Assembly (NCBI GenBank): GCA_964354425.1
Contig: CAYGZV010000001.1
Span: 1 to 59,760, forward strand
Source of the DNA: an uncultured Rhodoplanes sp.
Lineage (GTDB): Bacteria > Pseudomonadota > Alphaproteobacteria > Rhizobiales > Xanthobacteraceae
Length of the DNA stretch: 59,760 nt
Direction of reading: 5' to 3'
In this document: piece by piece, positions 40,160 through 50,180 of the stretch
Layout of the letters: every line of letters begins with the position of its first letter
Numbering within the stretch: the stretch's first letter is position 1
The notes under the pieces: generated by a model
Databases searched by the model: none
The model's input: the letters and a program-made list of their open reading frames with translations, nothing else
Told to the model about the DNA's origin: nothing
Translations under genes and position numbers: made by a program

Positions 40160-41890
40160 TTAGTCCGCAACCTCTCCGGAAGCGCTGCTGCCGCGCAGGC
40201 GGTCGACCGTGCTGCGGGCGGTGCGGGCGTCGACGCCCAGGCGCTGGAGGGCGAAGTCGGACATTCCGACCGCAATCTCGCGTTCCCCCATGACCGCCAG
40301 TCCCACCCCCGACTCGGCGAGGTAGAGCGCTTCGGCCTCGGAATGGGTGCGCACGACCGTCTCGATCGCCGGATTGAACTTGCGCGCAAGCGAGATGACC
40401 CGCCGCGCCTGGAACGCATCCGGCAGCGCCACCACGATCAGCCGCGCCGACCGCGGTAGCGCGGCGGCGAGAACCTCTTCGCGGGTGGCGTCGCCATAAA
40501 CCACCCGGGTCCCTTCCGACCGGAGCTTCTCCGCGAGCCTGCGGTCGGACTCGACCACGACATAGCTCAGGCCGTGGGTGCGCAGCGCGCTCGCGACCGT
40601 GCGCCCGACCCGGCCATGGCCGACCAGGATCGCGTGATCGGAAATGAACATGGTCCCGCGCACCGCGATCCCCCCTCGCCGCTTGCGCAGGCGCACGAAG
40701 AACTTCCAGCCGGCGACCGCATGCGCGAAGCGGCGCGCAAGCGGAAACATCAGCGGATTGATCACGATCGCGATCAGCGCGACGGCGAGCACCAGGTCGC
40801 GCCCGCCCGCGTCCATCAAGCCGCGCTGCACCGCCTGGTCGGTCAGGATGAACGAGAATTCGCCGATCTGCGCAAACGACGCCCCGACCAGCGCGGCCGT
40901 TTCGGGCGCCGCGCGAAGGAACAACAGGATCAGAACCGTGGTCAGACCGGTGCCGATCACGATGGCGAGCAGGAGCGCGGCGATCTCCACCGGCATCCGC
41001 ACCAGCGTCATGGGATCGAACAACATGCCGACCGAGACGAAGAACAGGACCGCGAACACCTGCTGCATCGGCAGCGCCTCGGCGGCGGCGTGGTGGCTGA
41101 GATCGCTTTCGCCCAGCGCCACGCCGGCGAAGAAGGCGGCAAGCGCGAGCGAGATGCCGAACAGAATGGCCGACCCATAGGCGATCCCGAGCGCGACCAC
41201 GAAGACGGCGAGCGTGAACAGTTCGCGCGATCCGGCGCGGGCGACATAACCGAGCAGCCAGGGAATGACGCGCCGCCCGACCAGGACGATGATCGCAACG
41301 AAACCGGCGATCTGGAGAAGCGCCCGCGCGAGTTCGAGGACGAGATCGAAGGGCTCGAATGCCCGACCCGGGGCCAGCACCGGGACCAGCGTCAGCGCCA
41401 GGATGACGACAATGTCCTGCGCGACCAGCCAGCCGAGGGCGATGCGACCGGGCGTGGCGGCAAGCTGGCCGCGCTCCTCCAGCGCGCGGGTCGCAACCGC
41501 CGTGCTCGCGATCGCGAGCGACAAGCCCACGATCCAACCCGCGCTGAACGGAAGGTCGATGAGGTAGGTCGCGACAAGGTAGCCGAAGGCGGAGGCGATG
41601 GTGATCTGGATGATGGCGCCCGGCACCGCGCTGCGCCGCACCGCCAGGAGATCGTCGAACGAGAAATGCAGCCCGACCCCGAACAGGAGCAGCGCGACGC
41701 CGATCTCGGCCAGTTCATTGGTGATCTTCTGGTCGATCACGTAGCCCGGCGTGAACAGTCCGAGAACGATGCCGGCCAGGAGATAGCCGAAGACGGGCGA
41801 CAGCCGCGCGGCACGGGCGGCTAGTCCCCCGACAAAAGCCGCCAGCAGGCTCACGACCAGGGTGGGGAGGAGTCCGACATGCGGTTCCAT
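40160..41890 (-). CDS. CPA2 cation:proton antiporter with TrkA-N (RCK) domain (YbaL/RosB-like)
   Basis: LAEIGVALLLFGVGLHFS, FFVSVGMLFDP, AQIGEFSFIL, GHGRVG, YGDA. Confidence 0.9.
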   Translation of the reverse strand: MEPHVGLLPTLVVSLLAAFVGGLAARAARLSPVFGYLLAGIVLGLFTPGYVIDQKITNELAEIGVALLLFGVGLHFSFDDLLAVRRSAVPGAIIQITIASAFGYLVATYLIDLPFSAGWIVGLSLAIASTAVATRALEERGQLAATPGRIALGWLVAQDIVVILALTLVPVLAPGRAFEPFDLVLELARALLQIAGFVAIIVLVGRRVIPWLLGYVARAGSRELFTLAVFVVALGIAYGSAILFGISLALAAFFAGVALGESDLSHHAAAEALPMQQVFAVLFFVSVGMLFDPMTLVRMPVEIAALLLAIVIGTGLTTVLILLFLRAAPETAALVGASFAQIGEFSFILTDQAVQRGLMDAGGRDLVLAVALIAIVINPLMFPLARRFAHAVAGWKFFVRLRKRRGGIAVRGTMFISDHAILVGHGRVGRTVASALRTHGLSYVVVESDRRLAEKLRSEGTRVVYGDATREEVLAAALPRSARLIVVALPDAFQARRVISLARKFNPAIETVVRTHSEAEALYLAESGVGLAVMGEREIAVGMSDFALQRLGVDARTARSTVDRLRGSSASGEVAD

Positions 41891-42032
41891 TTCTTGTTTC
41901 GGACTCTCATCTCGGCCATCTGGACTTGGCGCTCTGCTGGTATGCGCCGCATGCCGTTCAAGCCGACCTTTGTGAGGTCTTTACCCCGGTCCGCGCGCAG
42001 CCATGGGCACCCACGATCATGCGCCGCCATCG

Positions 42033-42044
42033 TGCATCGCACAA
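42033..42044. promoter_or_regulatory. PhaR-box-like site
   Basis: TGCATCGCACAA matches the TGCRNYGCASMA consensus I recall for rhizobial PhaR. Confidence 0.45.
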
Positions 42045-42156
42045 TGCAATACAAACGTCACAATCGGCGCGTGTCCTTGACCGGTCGAGGAAGAAGCGCG
42101 CCCTTCGGAGGGCCCCCGGCGGAAAGCCGCGGCGTACGGAGAGGGACGCGCACGTC

Positions 42157-42198
42157 AAAATAAGTCGAACCGCCGGACGATGAGCCCGGCGGTTCGGC
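42157..42198 (-). terminator. Rho-independent terminator after the DUF3551 gene
   Basis: Stem CGAACCGCCGG..CCGGCGGTTCG with a TTATTTT tail on the minus strand. Confidence 0.7.
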
Positions 42199-42229
42199 AG
42201 ACACGCAATATAAGTGTTTATTCTCAGTC

Positions 42230-42502
42230 CTAACGATACATGCCGCCGCCCCGGTTGCCGCCAAAGGAATAGTAGCTGCCATAGGCGGTGTAGAACGTAT
42301 TCTGAACGCAGACGCCGCCGACGCCGCTGACCGCCTGCCGGCATTGCGAATACGTGGAGAAATAACAATTGCTGCCGCCGCGACCGCTGTACTGGGCGCA
42401 CCACGGGTAGAGCCGGTAGCCGCCCTGCGCGTCGGCCGGCGCGGCGTCGACCGCGAAGGCTGCCGTGAGGGCTGCAAGTCCGAGAAGAATCTTCCGCATC
42501 AT
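42230..42502 (-). CDS. Small secreted DUF3551-family protein
   Basis: Signal peptide, YPWCAQY..NCYFSTYSQCRQAVSG.GGVCVQN; AAGGAG RBS. Confidence 0.88.
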   Translation of the reverse strand: MMRKILLGLAALTAAFAVDAAPADAQGGYRLYPWCAQYSGRGGSNCYFSTYSQCRQAVSGVGGVCVQNTFYTAYGSYYSFGGNRGGGMYR

Positions 42503-42963
42503 GGTCTCCTTCATCAACGATTTCTGATCTACGTACGCGATCGGCGACGGTTTCACGCGTTCGGCGCCTCCGTGCTAATGCGCGACTCGGCGGCTTGGTT
42601 CGCGCAGAAGGCGTGCGTACGGCGTGGCGCCGACTGGAAAGCCGGTCACTCCCGGCGTTTCGCGCGGCCGTCGGCGGGCGCAAGTCCGCATTCTATTGCA
42701 CGTTCTTCTCCTTGACCGGCCGCGACTGGCGGTCGACCTCGGTTCAGGTTGCATGTTGGGTGCCTATGCGGGCGACCCGGTTCGAACGGAACGTGCCGCC
42801 GGGAGATCGGAGGACCCCTTCCAATTCTGATAAAAAGGATGATGCCTTCCCCATAAACAACTGCTTTAAAAGAGAAAAAAACCGCAAATTCGCGTCGTTT
42901 CTGACCAAGGCGCCCGCGGGTTCTATCGCCAAAACGTGATCGCGCGCCGGGGTGGGCGTCCAG

Positions 42964-43773
42964 CTAGTCGAGACCGCCATTGATGAACTGAAGCACGGTC
43001 GCAAGCGCGCCATGCGCGTCGAGATCATCATGGCCGCCTTGCGGGAAGCGCACGAAGCGCTTCGGCCCCGGCGCGCGCGCAAACAGCCGCTCCCCGAAAC
43101 GAAGCGGGACCACGCGATCGCGCTCGCCATGGATGATCAGCAAGGGCGCGGCGAGCCTGCCGATCAGTTCATCCGACCGGAACCAATCCTTCATCAGCAT
43201 CCGCACCGGCACGAAGGGAAACACCGACGCGGCGATGTCGACGGCCGAGGTAAACGGCGCTTCGAGAACGAGCTTGCCGACCGGCCGCTCGACCGCGAGC
43301 GCGACCGCCGGCCCGGTGCCGAGCGACACGCCCCAGAGCACGATGCGGTCGGCGGGGTAACGCTCCGCCGCGAAGGCATAGGCCGCTGCGGCATCGCGCA
43401 GCAGGCCCTGCTCGCTCGGCCGCCCGGTCGAGCCGAAATAGCCGCGATAGGAAAGCGCGACGATCCCCAGCCCATCGGCGACGAGCCGTTCGAACCGCGC
43501 GACGCGCCAGGCGAGCACTTCGCCATTGCCGTGAAAAAAGACGACCACCGGCCGGCCCGGCCGCGGCGGAACATGCCAGGCGATCACGGTCTCGCCGTCG
43601 CTCGTTGCGAGCGCAATTTCCTCGGCGGCGGGAAATCCGGCGGCGGCCGGCGAGATGCGAGCCACCGGCGGCGGCTGGTACATGAACTGGCGCTGCATGA
43701 GATAGAGCACGGCCACGAGGACGGCATAGCCGGCGAGCGCGAGCGACAGCCATTTCAGCAGCGTCATGCCCAT
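42964..43773 (-). CDS. Alpha/beta hydrolase (ABHD13/BEM46-like)
   Basis: N-terminal TM, FFHGNG, YRGYFGSTGRPSEQG, GVSLG nucleophile elbow, HGERD, GGHDD. Confidence 0.9.
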   Translation of the reverse strand: MGMTLLKWLSLALAGYAVLVAVLYLMQRQFMYQPPPVARISPAAAGFPAAEEIALATSDGETVIAWHVPPRPGRPVVVFFHGNGEVLAWRVARFERLVADGLGIVALSYRGYFGSTGRPSEQGLLRDAAAAYAFAAERYPADRIVLWGVSLGTGPAVALAVERPVGKLVLEAPFTSAVDIAASVFPFVPVRMLMKDWFRSDELIGRLAAPLLIIHGERDRVVPLRFGERLFARAPGPKRFVRFPQGGHDDLDAHGALATVLQFINGGLD

Positions 43774-43860
43774 TGGTAGCACGCTGGCGAGAAGCAACGG
43801 ACGTGGAGACCTTCGGCGCTCATCGGAAGAGCGGGCGACGCGCCGCCGCAGTCCCGACGC

Positions 43861-44856
43861 TCACCGCTGTAGAGCTGGCGCCTCGATCGCCTTCTCCGCA
43901 CCCAGCAGGGCGATCAGGCGCTCGGCGACCGTGACATGGCCTTGCGGACTCCAGTGGCCGTCATTGGGAATGGTGTCGGCCTCGTCCATGCTGGCGTAGG
44001 GGATGTTCTCGGCGCGCAGATGCGGCTCAAGCGCCGGATCGCGCCGCTGCAGCCCGACCACGAATTTCGCCCCCTGCGATACTACATAGTCGCGCATCAT
44101 GGTCACGAGCTGCGCCGTCGGGTCGGGCACGACCACCGGCGGATGGCGGACCCGCAGGTAGATCTCGATGCCGAGGCGCACCAGCGCCGAGCGTTCGGCC
44201 ATGGCATTGTTGTAAAAGTACCAAGTGTGGTTGCGCGGCACCGGCATGCCGCGGAATTCCCAGCGGCCGTCCGTCTCGGCGAGGTACGGCTTGAGCGTGT
44301 GCCCGTGGACCGAGTTGGTGGAATTGTCGTGATGGTCGTTGTCGACGCACACAATGAGAACCACCACGCTCGGCTCGAGGCGCGGCCACAGCCGCCGCAT
44401 CAGCAGGAACGACTGGTCCGTGCCATAGGCTGCCACGCCGGCATTGACGATCCTGTACCCGGGCAGTTCCTCCCGCAGGCGGTCGGTGAAGCGTTCCCCG
44501 TCTTTGACCCCCGCGCCATAGACGAACGAATCGCCGATAACGAGGATCGTCGGCTTCGTGGTTGGCGCCACCTCGATATCGCGCAGCCCGAGGCTGTTGA
44601 TCCTGATCGTGTTGCTCGCGACCTTGTGGGCGATGGGAACCCAGCCGAGCTCGGCGTCATGCTGATAGGGGAGCCGATACGATTCGGGGACGAGGCGCAG
44701 GTCGCGGAAATCGGCGACGCGGAGAAAAAGCTCGAGCCCGGCGGCGCACAAGAGCAGGATGCCGGCCTGGAGCGCGACCGCTCGCACGAGCGACCAGCGG
44801 CGGCGCGGGCGGGCTGCGGGTCCGGTCGGATCGGATTTGACGCCTTCGCTCGGCAT
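43861..44856 (-). CDS. SGNH/GDSL hydrolase-family membrane-anchored protein
   Basis: INSLGLRD, IGDSFVYG, NAGVAAYGTDQ, DGHWSPQGH. Confidence 0.85.
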   Translation of the reverse strand: MPSEGVKSDPTGPAARPRRRWSLVRAVALQAGILLLCAAGLELFLRVADFRDLRLVPESYRLPYQHDAELGWVPIAHKVASNTIRINSLGLRDIEVAPTTKPTILVIGDSFVYGAGVKDGERFTDRLREELPGYRIVNAGVAAYGTDQSFLLMRRLWPRLEPSVVVLIVCVDNDHHDNSTNSVHGHTLKPYLAETDGRWEFRGMPVPRNHTWYFYNNAMAERSALVRLGIEIYLRVRHPPVVVPDPTAQLVTMMRDYVVSQGAKFVVGLQRRDPALEPHLRAENIPYASMDEADTIPNDGHWSPQGHVTVAERLIALLGAEKAIEAPALQR

Positions 44857-44905
44857 GTCAGCGATGGAACTGGAGAGCCGATCCCGACGCCGCACCCCAC
44901 ACGCC

Positions 44906-46300
44906 CTAAAGCGACTTGCCGATCTCCTCGGTCATCTTCTTGGCGTCGCCGAGGATCATCATGGTGTTGTCGCGGTAGAACAGCGGGTTGTCAATGCCGG
45001 CATAGCCGGAGGCGAGCGAGCGCTTGTTGAACATCACCGTGCCCGCCTTCCACACTTGCAGGACCGGCATGCCGTAGATCGGCGACGTCGGATCGTCTTC
45101 CGCCGCCGGATTGGTGACGTCGTTCGCGCCGATCACATAGGCGACGTCGGCCTGCGCAAATTCACTGTTGATGTCGTCGAGTTCGAACACCTCGTCATAC
45201 GGGACATTCGCCTCGGCGAGCAGCACGTTCATGTGGCCCGGCATGCGGCCAGCGACCGGGTGGATCGCGTATTTGACCTCCACGCCCTCCGCCTTCAGCC
45301 GATCGCCCATTTCGCGCAGCGCATGCTGAGCCTGCGCGACCGCCATGCCGTAGCCGGGCACGATGATGACCTTGCCGGCGTTTTTCATGATGAAGGCGGC
45401 GTCCTCCGCCGATCCGAGCTTGACCGGCCGCGCCTCGCCGCCGGTGGCAGGACCCGCCACCTCGCCGCCGAAGCCGCCGAGGATCACTGAAATGAACGAC
45501 CGGTTCATTCCCTTGCACATGATGTAGGAGAGGATCGCGCCGGAGGAGCCGACCAGGGCCCCGGTGATGATCAGCGCCGAGTTGCCGAGCGTGAAGCCGA
45601 TGCCGGCCGCGGCCCAACCCGAATACGAGTTCAGCATCGAGATCACGACCGGCATGTCGGCGCCGCCGATCGGAATGATGATCAGCACGCCGAACGCAAA
45701 CGAGGCGATCGCGAGCAGCCAGAACGCGGTGTAGCTCTCGCTCCGCGCGAACCAGACCACGAGCAGGACGATCAGGACGGCGAGCCCGAGATTGATGGCG
45801 TGGCGGGCCGGCAGCATGATCGGCGCGCCGCTCATGCGTCCGGACAGCTTGAGGAAGGCGATCACCGAGCCGGTGAAGGTGATGGCGCCGATCGCCGTGC
45901 CGAGCGACATCTCGACCAGGCTCGCGCCGTGAATTTGGCCGACCGCGCCGATGTTGAAGGCGCTCGGCGCATAGAGCGCGCCCGCCGCCACCAGCACCGC
46001 GGCCATGCCGACCAGTGAATGAAACGCCGCGACCAGCTCCGGCATGCTCGTCATCGGAACACGCCGGGCGATGGTCGCCCCGACGCCGCCGCCGACCGCA
46101 AGCCCGAGAATGACCAGCACCCACGCCCCGAACCCCGCCGGCGGACTGAGCGCCACGGTCGTCAGGACGGCGATGACCATCCCGACCATGCCGAACTGAT
46201 TGCCGCGCTGGCTCGTTTCAGGGCTCGATAGCCCGCGCAACGCCAAAATGAAGAGCACGCCCGCGACGAGATAAAGCACCCCGGCAATATTGGCGTTCAT
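44906..46300 (-). CDS. pntB: NAD(P)+ transhydrogenase beta subunit
   Basis: MPELVAAFHSLVG, NSYSGWAA, VPGYGMAVAQAQH, HPVAGRMPGHMN, GANDVTNPAA. Confidence 0.97.
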   Translation of the reverse strand: MNANIAGVLYLVAGVLFILALRGLSSPETSQRGNQFGMVGMVIAVLTTVALSPPAGFGAWVLVILGLAVGGGVGATIARRVPMTSMPELVAAFHSLVGMAAVLVAAGALYAPSAFNIGAVGQIHGASLVEMSLGTAIGAITFTGSVIAFLKLSGRMSGAPIMLPARHAINLGLAVLIVLLVVWFARSESYTAFWLLAIASFAFGVLIIIPIGGADMPVVISMLNSYSGWAAAGIGFTLGNSALIITGALVGSSGAILSYIMCKGMNRSFISVILGGFGGEVAGPATGGEARPVKLGSAEDAAFIMKNAGKVIIVPGYGMAVAQAQHALREMGDRLKAEGVEVKYAIHPVAGRMPGHMNVLLAEANVPYDEVFELDDINSEFAQADVAYVIGANDVTNPAAEDDPTSPIYGMPVLQVWKAGTVMFNKRSLASGYAGIDNPLFYRDNTMMILGDAKKMTEEIGKSL

Positions 46301-46392
46301 GTCAGTTCGTCCCCGTTCCAATCAGGTGCAGGCGTGCAGCTCCGCCCGGGTGGCCGCCCTCATGCTCGGCCGCATGGCGAAGGAGCAACGGC

Positions 46393-46710
46393 TTACTTTT
46401 TCTTCTTCTGGTACATCGACAACATGCGCTGGGTGACCAGAAAGCCGCCGAAAATGTTCACCGAGGCGAACACGAGCGCGATGAAGCCGAGGAAGCGCGC
46501 GAACCCGGTGCCGCTGCCGACCAAGGGCACGCCGACGGCCAGCAACGCGCCGACGACGATCACCGACGAGATCGCGTTGGTCACCGACATCAGCGGCGTA
46601 TGCAGCGCCGGCGTGACCGACCAAACCACGTAATAGCCGACGAAGACCGCCAGCACGAAGATCGAAAACCGGAAAACGAACGGGTCGACCGCCGCCGCGA
46701 CATGTTCCAT
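46393..46710 (-). CDS. pntAB: NAD(P)+ transhydrogenase alpha subunit part 2 (membrane)
   Basis: [31 protein letters not shown]. Confidence 0.95.
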   Translation of the reverse strand: MEHVAAAVDPFVFRFSIFVLAVFVGYYVVWSVTPALHTPLMSVTNAISSVIVVGALLAVGVPLVGSGTGFARFLGFIALVFASVNIFGGFLVTQRMLSMYQKKKK

Positions 46711-46736
46711 GTCAACTCTCCTTCAAGCCGCGCATG

Positions 46737-46863
46737 CTCCCTCTCCCCGTGCGAGGGGAAAGGGCTGGGGTGAGGGGGCATGCGGCAGACCGAGCCCCGT
46801 TAAAAGCCTGCTCACCCGGACCGCTCGGCGGTCCGACCCCTCCCCGCTTGCCGGGAGAGGCGA
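46737..46863. repeat. Composite REP element inside the pnt operon
   Basis: CCCTCTCCCC..GGGGAAAGGG-CTGGGGTGAGGGG ... CTCACCCGG..CCCCTCCCCGCTTGCCGGGAGAGG. Confidence 0.75.
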
Positions 46864-46887
46864 ATTGAGGACGAAGCCAGCGGATCA

Positions 46888-48021
46888 TTACGCCGCGGTC
46901 TTCGGCGCAAAGTTCGGATGGACGACCGCGCCGTCGCGGGTGAGCGCAGTGGCTTTGACGATGTCGTCATCCCAGTTCAGGCTGATCTGCTTCGTCTTCT
47001 TGTCGATCAGAACCTCGAGGAACGTATAGACATTCTTGGCGTAGAGCGTCGAGGCGGAGGCCGGGATGCGCCCGGGAACGTTGAGATAGCCGACGATCTT
47101 GACGCCGCCCGCATCCACCACTTCGCCCGGCTTGGCAAGTTCGCAATTGCCGCCGCGTTCGACCGCGAGATCGACGATCACCGACCCCGGCTTCATCGAA
47201 TGCACCATTTCCGCCGAGATGAGCCTCGGCGCCGGGCGGCCGGGAATCAGCGCCGTCGTGATCACCATGTCCTGCTTCTTGATGTGCTCGGCGACCAGGG
47301 CGGCCTGCTTGGCCTGGTACTCCTTCGACATTTCCTTGGCATAGCCGCCGGCGGTCTCCGCCTGCTTGAACTCGTCGTCAATCACCGCGACGAACTTCGC
47401 GCCCAGGCTCTCGACCTGTTCCTTGGACGCCGGACGCACGTCGGTCGCGGTCACGATCGCGCCGAGCCGCCGCGCCGTCGCGATCGCCTGCAGCCCGGCG
47501 ACGCCCGCTCCCATCACGAACACCTTGGTGGCCGGGACCGTGCCCGCCGCCGTCATCATCATCGGCAGCGCCCGCCCGTATTCCGCCGCGCCATCGATCA
47601 CCGCGCGGTAGCCGGCGAGGTTGGCCTGGCTCGACAGCACGTCCATCGATTGCGCCCGCGTGATCCGCGGCATCAATTCCATGGCGAAGGCGATCACGCC
47701 GGCCCGCGCCAGCGCCTGGAGCGCCGCTTCATGGCCGTATGGGTCCATGATCGCGATGACCAGCGCGCCCTTCTTGTAGGCGGTGAGTTCCATCTCGTTC
47801 GGCCGGCGGACCTTCAGCACGATGTCGGCGTCACGCACCGCGTCGCGCGAAATCACCGCACCGGCCGCCTCGTAGTCCGCGTCCAGTATGCCCGATTTCA
47901 CTCCGGCGCCGGGCTCCACGAGCGCCTCCGCCCCCAGCGCCTTCATCTTCTTGACCGTCTCGGGCGTGGCCGACACGCGCGGCTCGCCAGCCTCGGCTTC
48001 CGCACAGATAGCGATTTTCAT
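46888..48021 (-). CDS. pntAA: NAD(P)+ transhydrogenase alpha subunit part 1
   Basis: PRITRAQSMDVLSSQANLAGY, GAGVAGLQA, GGYAKEMS, TTALIPGRPAP. Confidence 0.97.
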   Translation of the reverse strand: MKIAICAEAEAGEPRVSATPETVKKMKALGAEALVEPGAGVKSGILDADYEAAGAVISRDAVRDADIVLKVRRPNEMELTAYKKGALVIAIMDPYGHEAALQALARAGVIAFAMELMPRITRAQSMDVLSSQANLAGYRAVIDGAAEYGRALPMMMTAAGTVPATKVFVMGAGVAGLQAIATARRLGAIVTATDVRPASKEQVESLGAKFVAVIDDEFKQAETAGGYAKEMSKEYQAKQAALVAEHIKKQDMVITTALIPGRPAPRLISAEMVHSMKPGSVIVDLAVERGGNCELAKPGEVVDAGGVKIVGYLNVPGRIPASASTLYAKNVYTFLEVLIDKKTKQISLNWDDDIVKATALTRDGAVVHPNFAPKTAA

Positions 48022-48078
48022 GAATTTCTCCTGCCCAGGCGAAAAGCGCGCGGACTGTCCTGTCGCCGCGGGCGCTTC

Positions 48079-48231
48079 TCAGGTCAAGAACCAAGCCATC
48101 AGAGCGAGGGTGATGACGCTTGCCGCGACGCCCCATTTGACCAGTTGAATGAAGCTCCGGTAGGTCCCCTCGTGCTGGGCGTAGTCATTCCCCGACGCGG
48201 TGTCGTATTCCAGCGCGCTGTTCTCGGCCAT
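48079..48231 (-). CDS. aa3-type cytochrome c oxidase subunit IV (50 aa; absent from the ORF track)
   Basis: Translated by hand: MAENSALEYDTASGNDYAQHEGTYRSFIQLVKWGVAASVITLALMAWFLT; DY..HE.TY..F motif plus one TM; usual position upstream of pntA. Confidence 0.85.
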   Translation of the reverse strand: MAENSALEYDTASGNDYAQHEGTYRSFIQLVKWGVAASVITLALMAWFLT

Positions 48232-48305
48232 TCTGTTCCCCATGCTTGACGGCAGTGCAACCGCGCGCGGGCTTAGCGCAATTGTATCTTCAGGGCAACG
48301 GAAAG
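48207..48305 (-). repeat. Direct repeat copy 1 (cox4 promoter and 5' end)
   Basis: Minus strand TTCCGTTGCCCTGAAGATACAATTGCGCTAAGCCCGCGCGC..ATGGCCGAGAACAGCGCGCTGGAAT. Confidence 0.8.
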
Positions 48306-48542
48306 CGCGCTGTCGGGCGATTTGCCGCCCTTCCCGGCCAAGGAGACAAATGCGCGCTTTAAATGCAGGCTCCGCGCACCGCGAGCGCGCGCTGGCCGCC
48401 CATCGCTCCCCGCCTGCACGACGGCGTCATTGTGGAAGATGCGTCGAGCGCGGACCCGCGCGTGCCGCCTCCGATGCTACGGGCGCGACAGCGGCGCCCC
48501 CGAACCGCGCGCGCGTGCTTTTTCGGAGCTTCGGCCGCTCGC

Positions 48543-48929
48543 CTAGCCTTGCCACCACATCGTTTCGCGCAAAATGTCGACGACGGTGATCACGCCCAGC
48601 AATTTGTCTTTGACCACCGGGGCGCGGTGCAGGCGATTCTGCGCGAGGATCTGGCAAACTTCCTGCACCGTCATGTCGGGATCGACCTCGATGCACGGTT
48701 TGGTCATGACCTCGCCGACCGTCATGGTCTCCGGGTTTTTGCCATGGGCCGCCACTTTATAGACGATGTCGGCGTTGGTGACGATTCCGTAGGCGTCTCC
48801 CGCGCCGCCGGGCTCCACCATCAGACCGCGCAAGTGTTTCTCGGCCATCAGCTGCATCGCCTCGGCCACCGACGCCGAAGCCGAAATCGTAATTACCGGC
48901 GTGGTCATTACTTCTCTTGCCGTTTGCAT
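48543..48929 (-). CDS. Stand-alone CBS-pair protein
   Basis: AREVMT, YGIVTNADIVYKV, EVMTKPCI, RAPVV..LLGVITVVDIL; AAGGAG RBS. Confidence 0.9.
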   Translation of the reverse strand: MQTAREVMTTPVITISASASVAEAMQLMAEKHLRGLMVEPGGAGDAYGIVTNADIVYKVAAHGKNPETMTVGEVMTKPCIEVDPDMTVQEVCQILAQNRLHRAPVVKDKLLGVITVVDILRETMWWQG

Positions 48930-48964
48930 AATTCAGCTCCTTTGACGGGCCAGGCCGCCTTGCT

Positions 48965-49345
48965 TTACCACCACTTCCCCTTGCGCAGAATGTCGGTCAC
49001 CGAGACGATGCCGAGCAGCTCGTCTTTGATGACCGGAGCGCGATGGATGTGATTATTGGCGAATAACCGGGCGGCGTTTTCAACCGTCATGTCAGGATTG
49101 AGGGCGATACACGGCTTGGTCATGACATCGCTCACTTTCAAAGCTTTCGGATCTTCGCCGAAAGCAATAACTTTGTAGGCGATATCGGTTTCCGTGAGAA
49201 TGCCATAGGCTTTCTCCGAGCCGCGCGGTTTGACGATCAGGGAATGAATTCTTTTCTGGCGCATCAGCCCGATAGCCTCAGAAACCAGCGCCGAAGCCGC
49301 TATCGTGGCAACCTCGGTGTTCATAATGTCTCTTACGTTGAACAC
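48965..49345 (-). CDS. Stand-alone CBS-pair protein (paralog of neighbour)
   Basis: VRDIMN, YGILTETDIAYKV, DVMTKPCI, RAPVI..LLGIVSVTDIL; GGAGGT RBS with GTG start. Confidence 0.9.
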   Translation of the reverse strand: MFNVRDIMNTEVATIAASALVSEAIGLMRQKRIHSLIVKPRGSEKAYGILTETDIAYKVIAFGEDPKALKVSDVMTKPCIALNPDMTVENAARLFANNHIHRAPVIKDELLGIVSVTDILRKGKWW

Positions 49346-49436
49346 GGTTCACCTCCGGGGGTTACCCTATCAAGGACATTGTTGGGCGGAGCAAAACGGA
49401 CTTTGCTCCAAGGCATCCTGTTCGATCCTGCAACCG

Positions 49437-50180
49437 TCAGAGGGTGGCCCCGCCGTCGACGCCGATCACCTGGCCGGACACATAGCGGGCCTCATCGGAG
49501 GCCAACCAGACGAAGCAGTTCGCGATATCATCCGGCTTGCCGAAACGGCCCATGGCGATGCGCTCCAGCATTTTCTCGACGACGGCGTCAGGAATGCCGG
49601 CGGTCATCCGGGTTTCGATGAAACCGGGCGCCACTGCATTCGCGCGAATGCCTTTGCGGCCGAGTTCGCGCGCCCACACTTTGGTCATGCCCACTACGCC
49701 GGCCTTGCTGGCCACATAGTTGGTCTGACCATAATTGCCGTAAGGCGCCACCAGCGACGAGGTGCTCAAGATGACCCCGCTGCCCTGGGCGATCATGGTG
49801 GGCACCACCGCTTGCGCGCAGTTGAAGACGCCTTTCAGATTGATCGAAATGACGAGGTCGAAATTCTGCTCGGTCATCTTGACCAATTGAGCGTCGCGGA
49901 TCGTGCCTGCATTATTGACCAGCACGTCGATCCGTCCGCCGAAATGGTCCAAGGTGGCCTTGACCATCGCATCGACCGACGGCCGGCTGGCGACGTCAAC
50001 CTTGACCGCCAGGGCCTTGCCGCCCATGGCGCCGATCTCGTCCACCACGGTTTGGGCTTCATCGAGATCGACGTCGACAACGACGACCTTGGCCCCCTCC
50101 TGGGCGAAGCGGACGGCCGTGGCGCGACCGATGCCGCGCCCCGAGCCCGTGACAATCGCAACTCTGTCTGTCAGACGCAT
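49437..50180 (-). CDS. SDR oxidoreductase, FabG/PhaB-like
   Basis: TGSGRGIG, NNAG, GNYGQTNYVASK (YxxxK), APGFIET; GGAGGAG RBS. Confidence 0.9.
   Translation of the reverse strand: MRLTDRVAIVTGSGRGIGRATAVRFAQEGAKVVVVDVDLDEAQTVVDEIGAMGGKALAVKVDVASRPSVDAMVKATLDHFGGRIDVLVNNAGTIRDAQLVKMTEQNFDLVISINLKGVFNCAQAVVPTMIAQGSGVILSTSSLVAPYGNYGQTNYVASKAGVVGMTKVWARELGRKGIRANAVAPGFIETRMTAGIPDAVVEKMLERIAMGRFGKPDDIANCFVWLASDEARYVSGQVIGVDGGATL

Noticed and set aside
49437-50180. Naming the SDR phaB or fabG
   Set aside because: The motifs fit both and the context decides neither, so no symbol is given.
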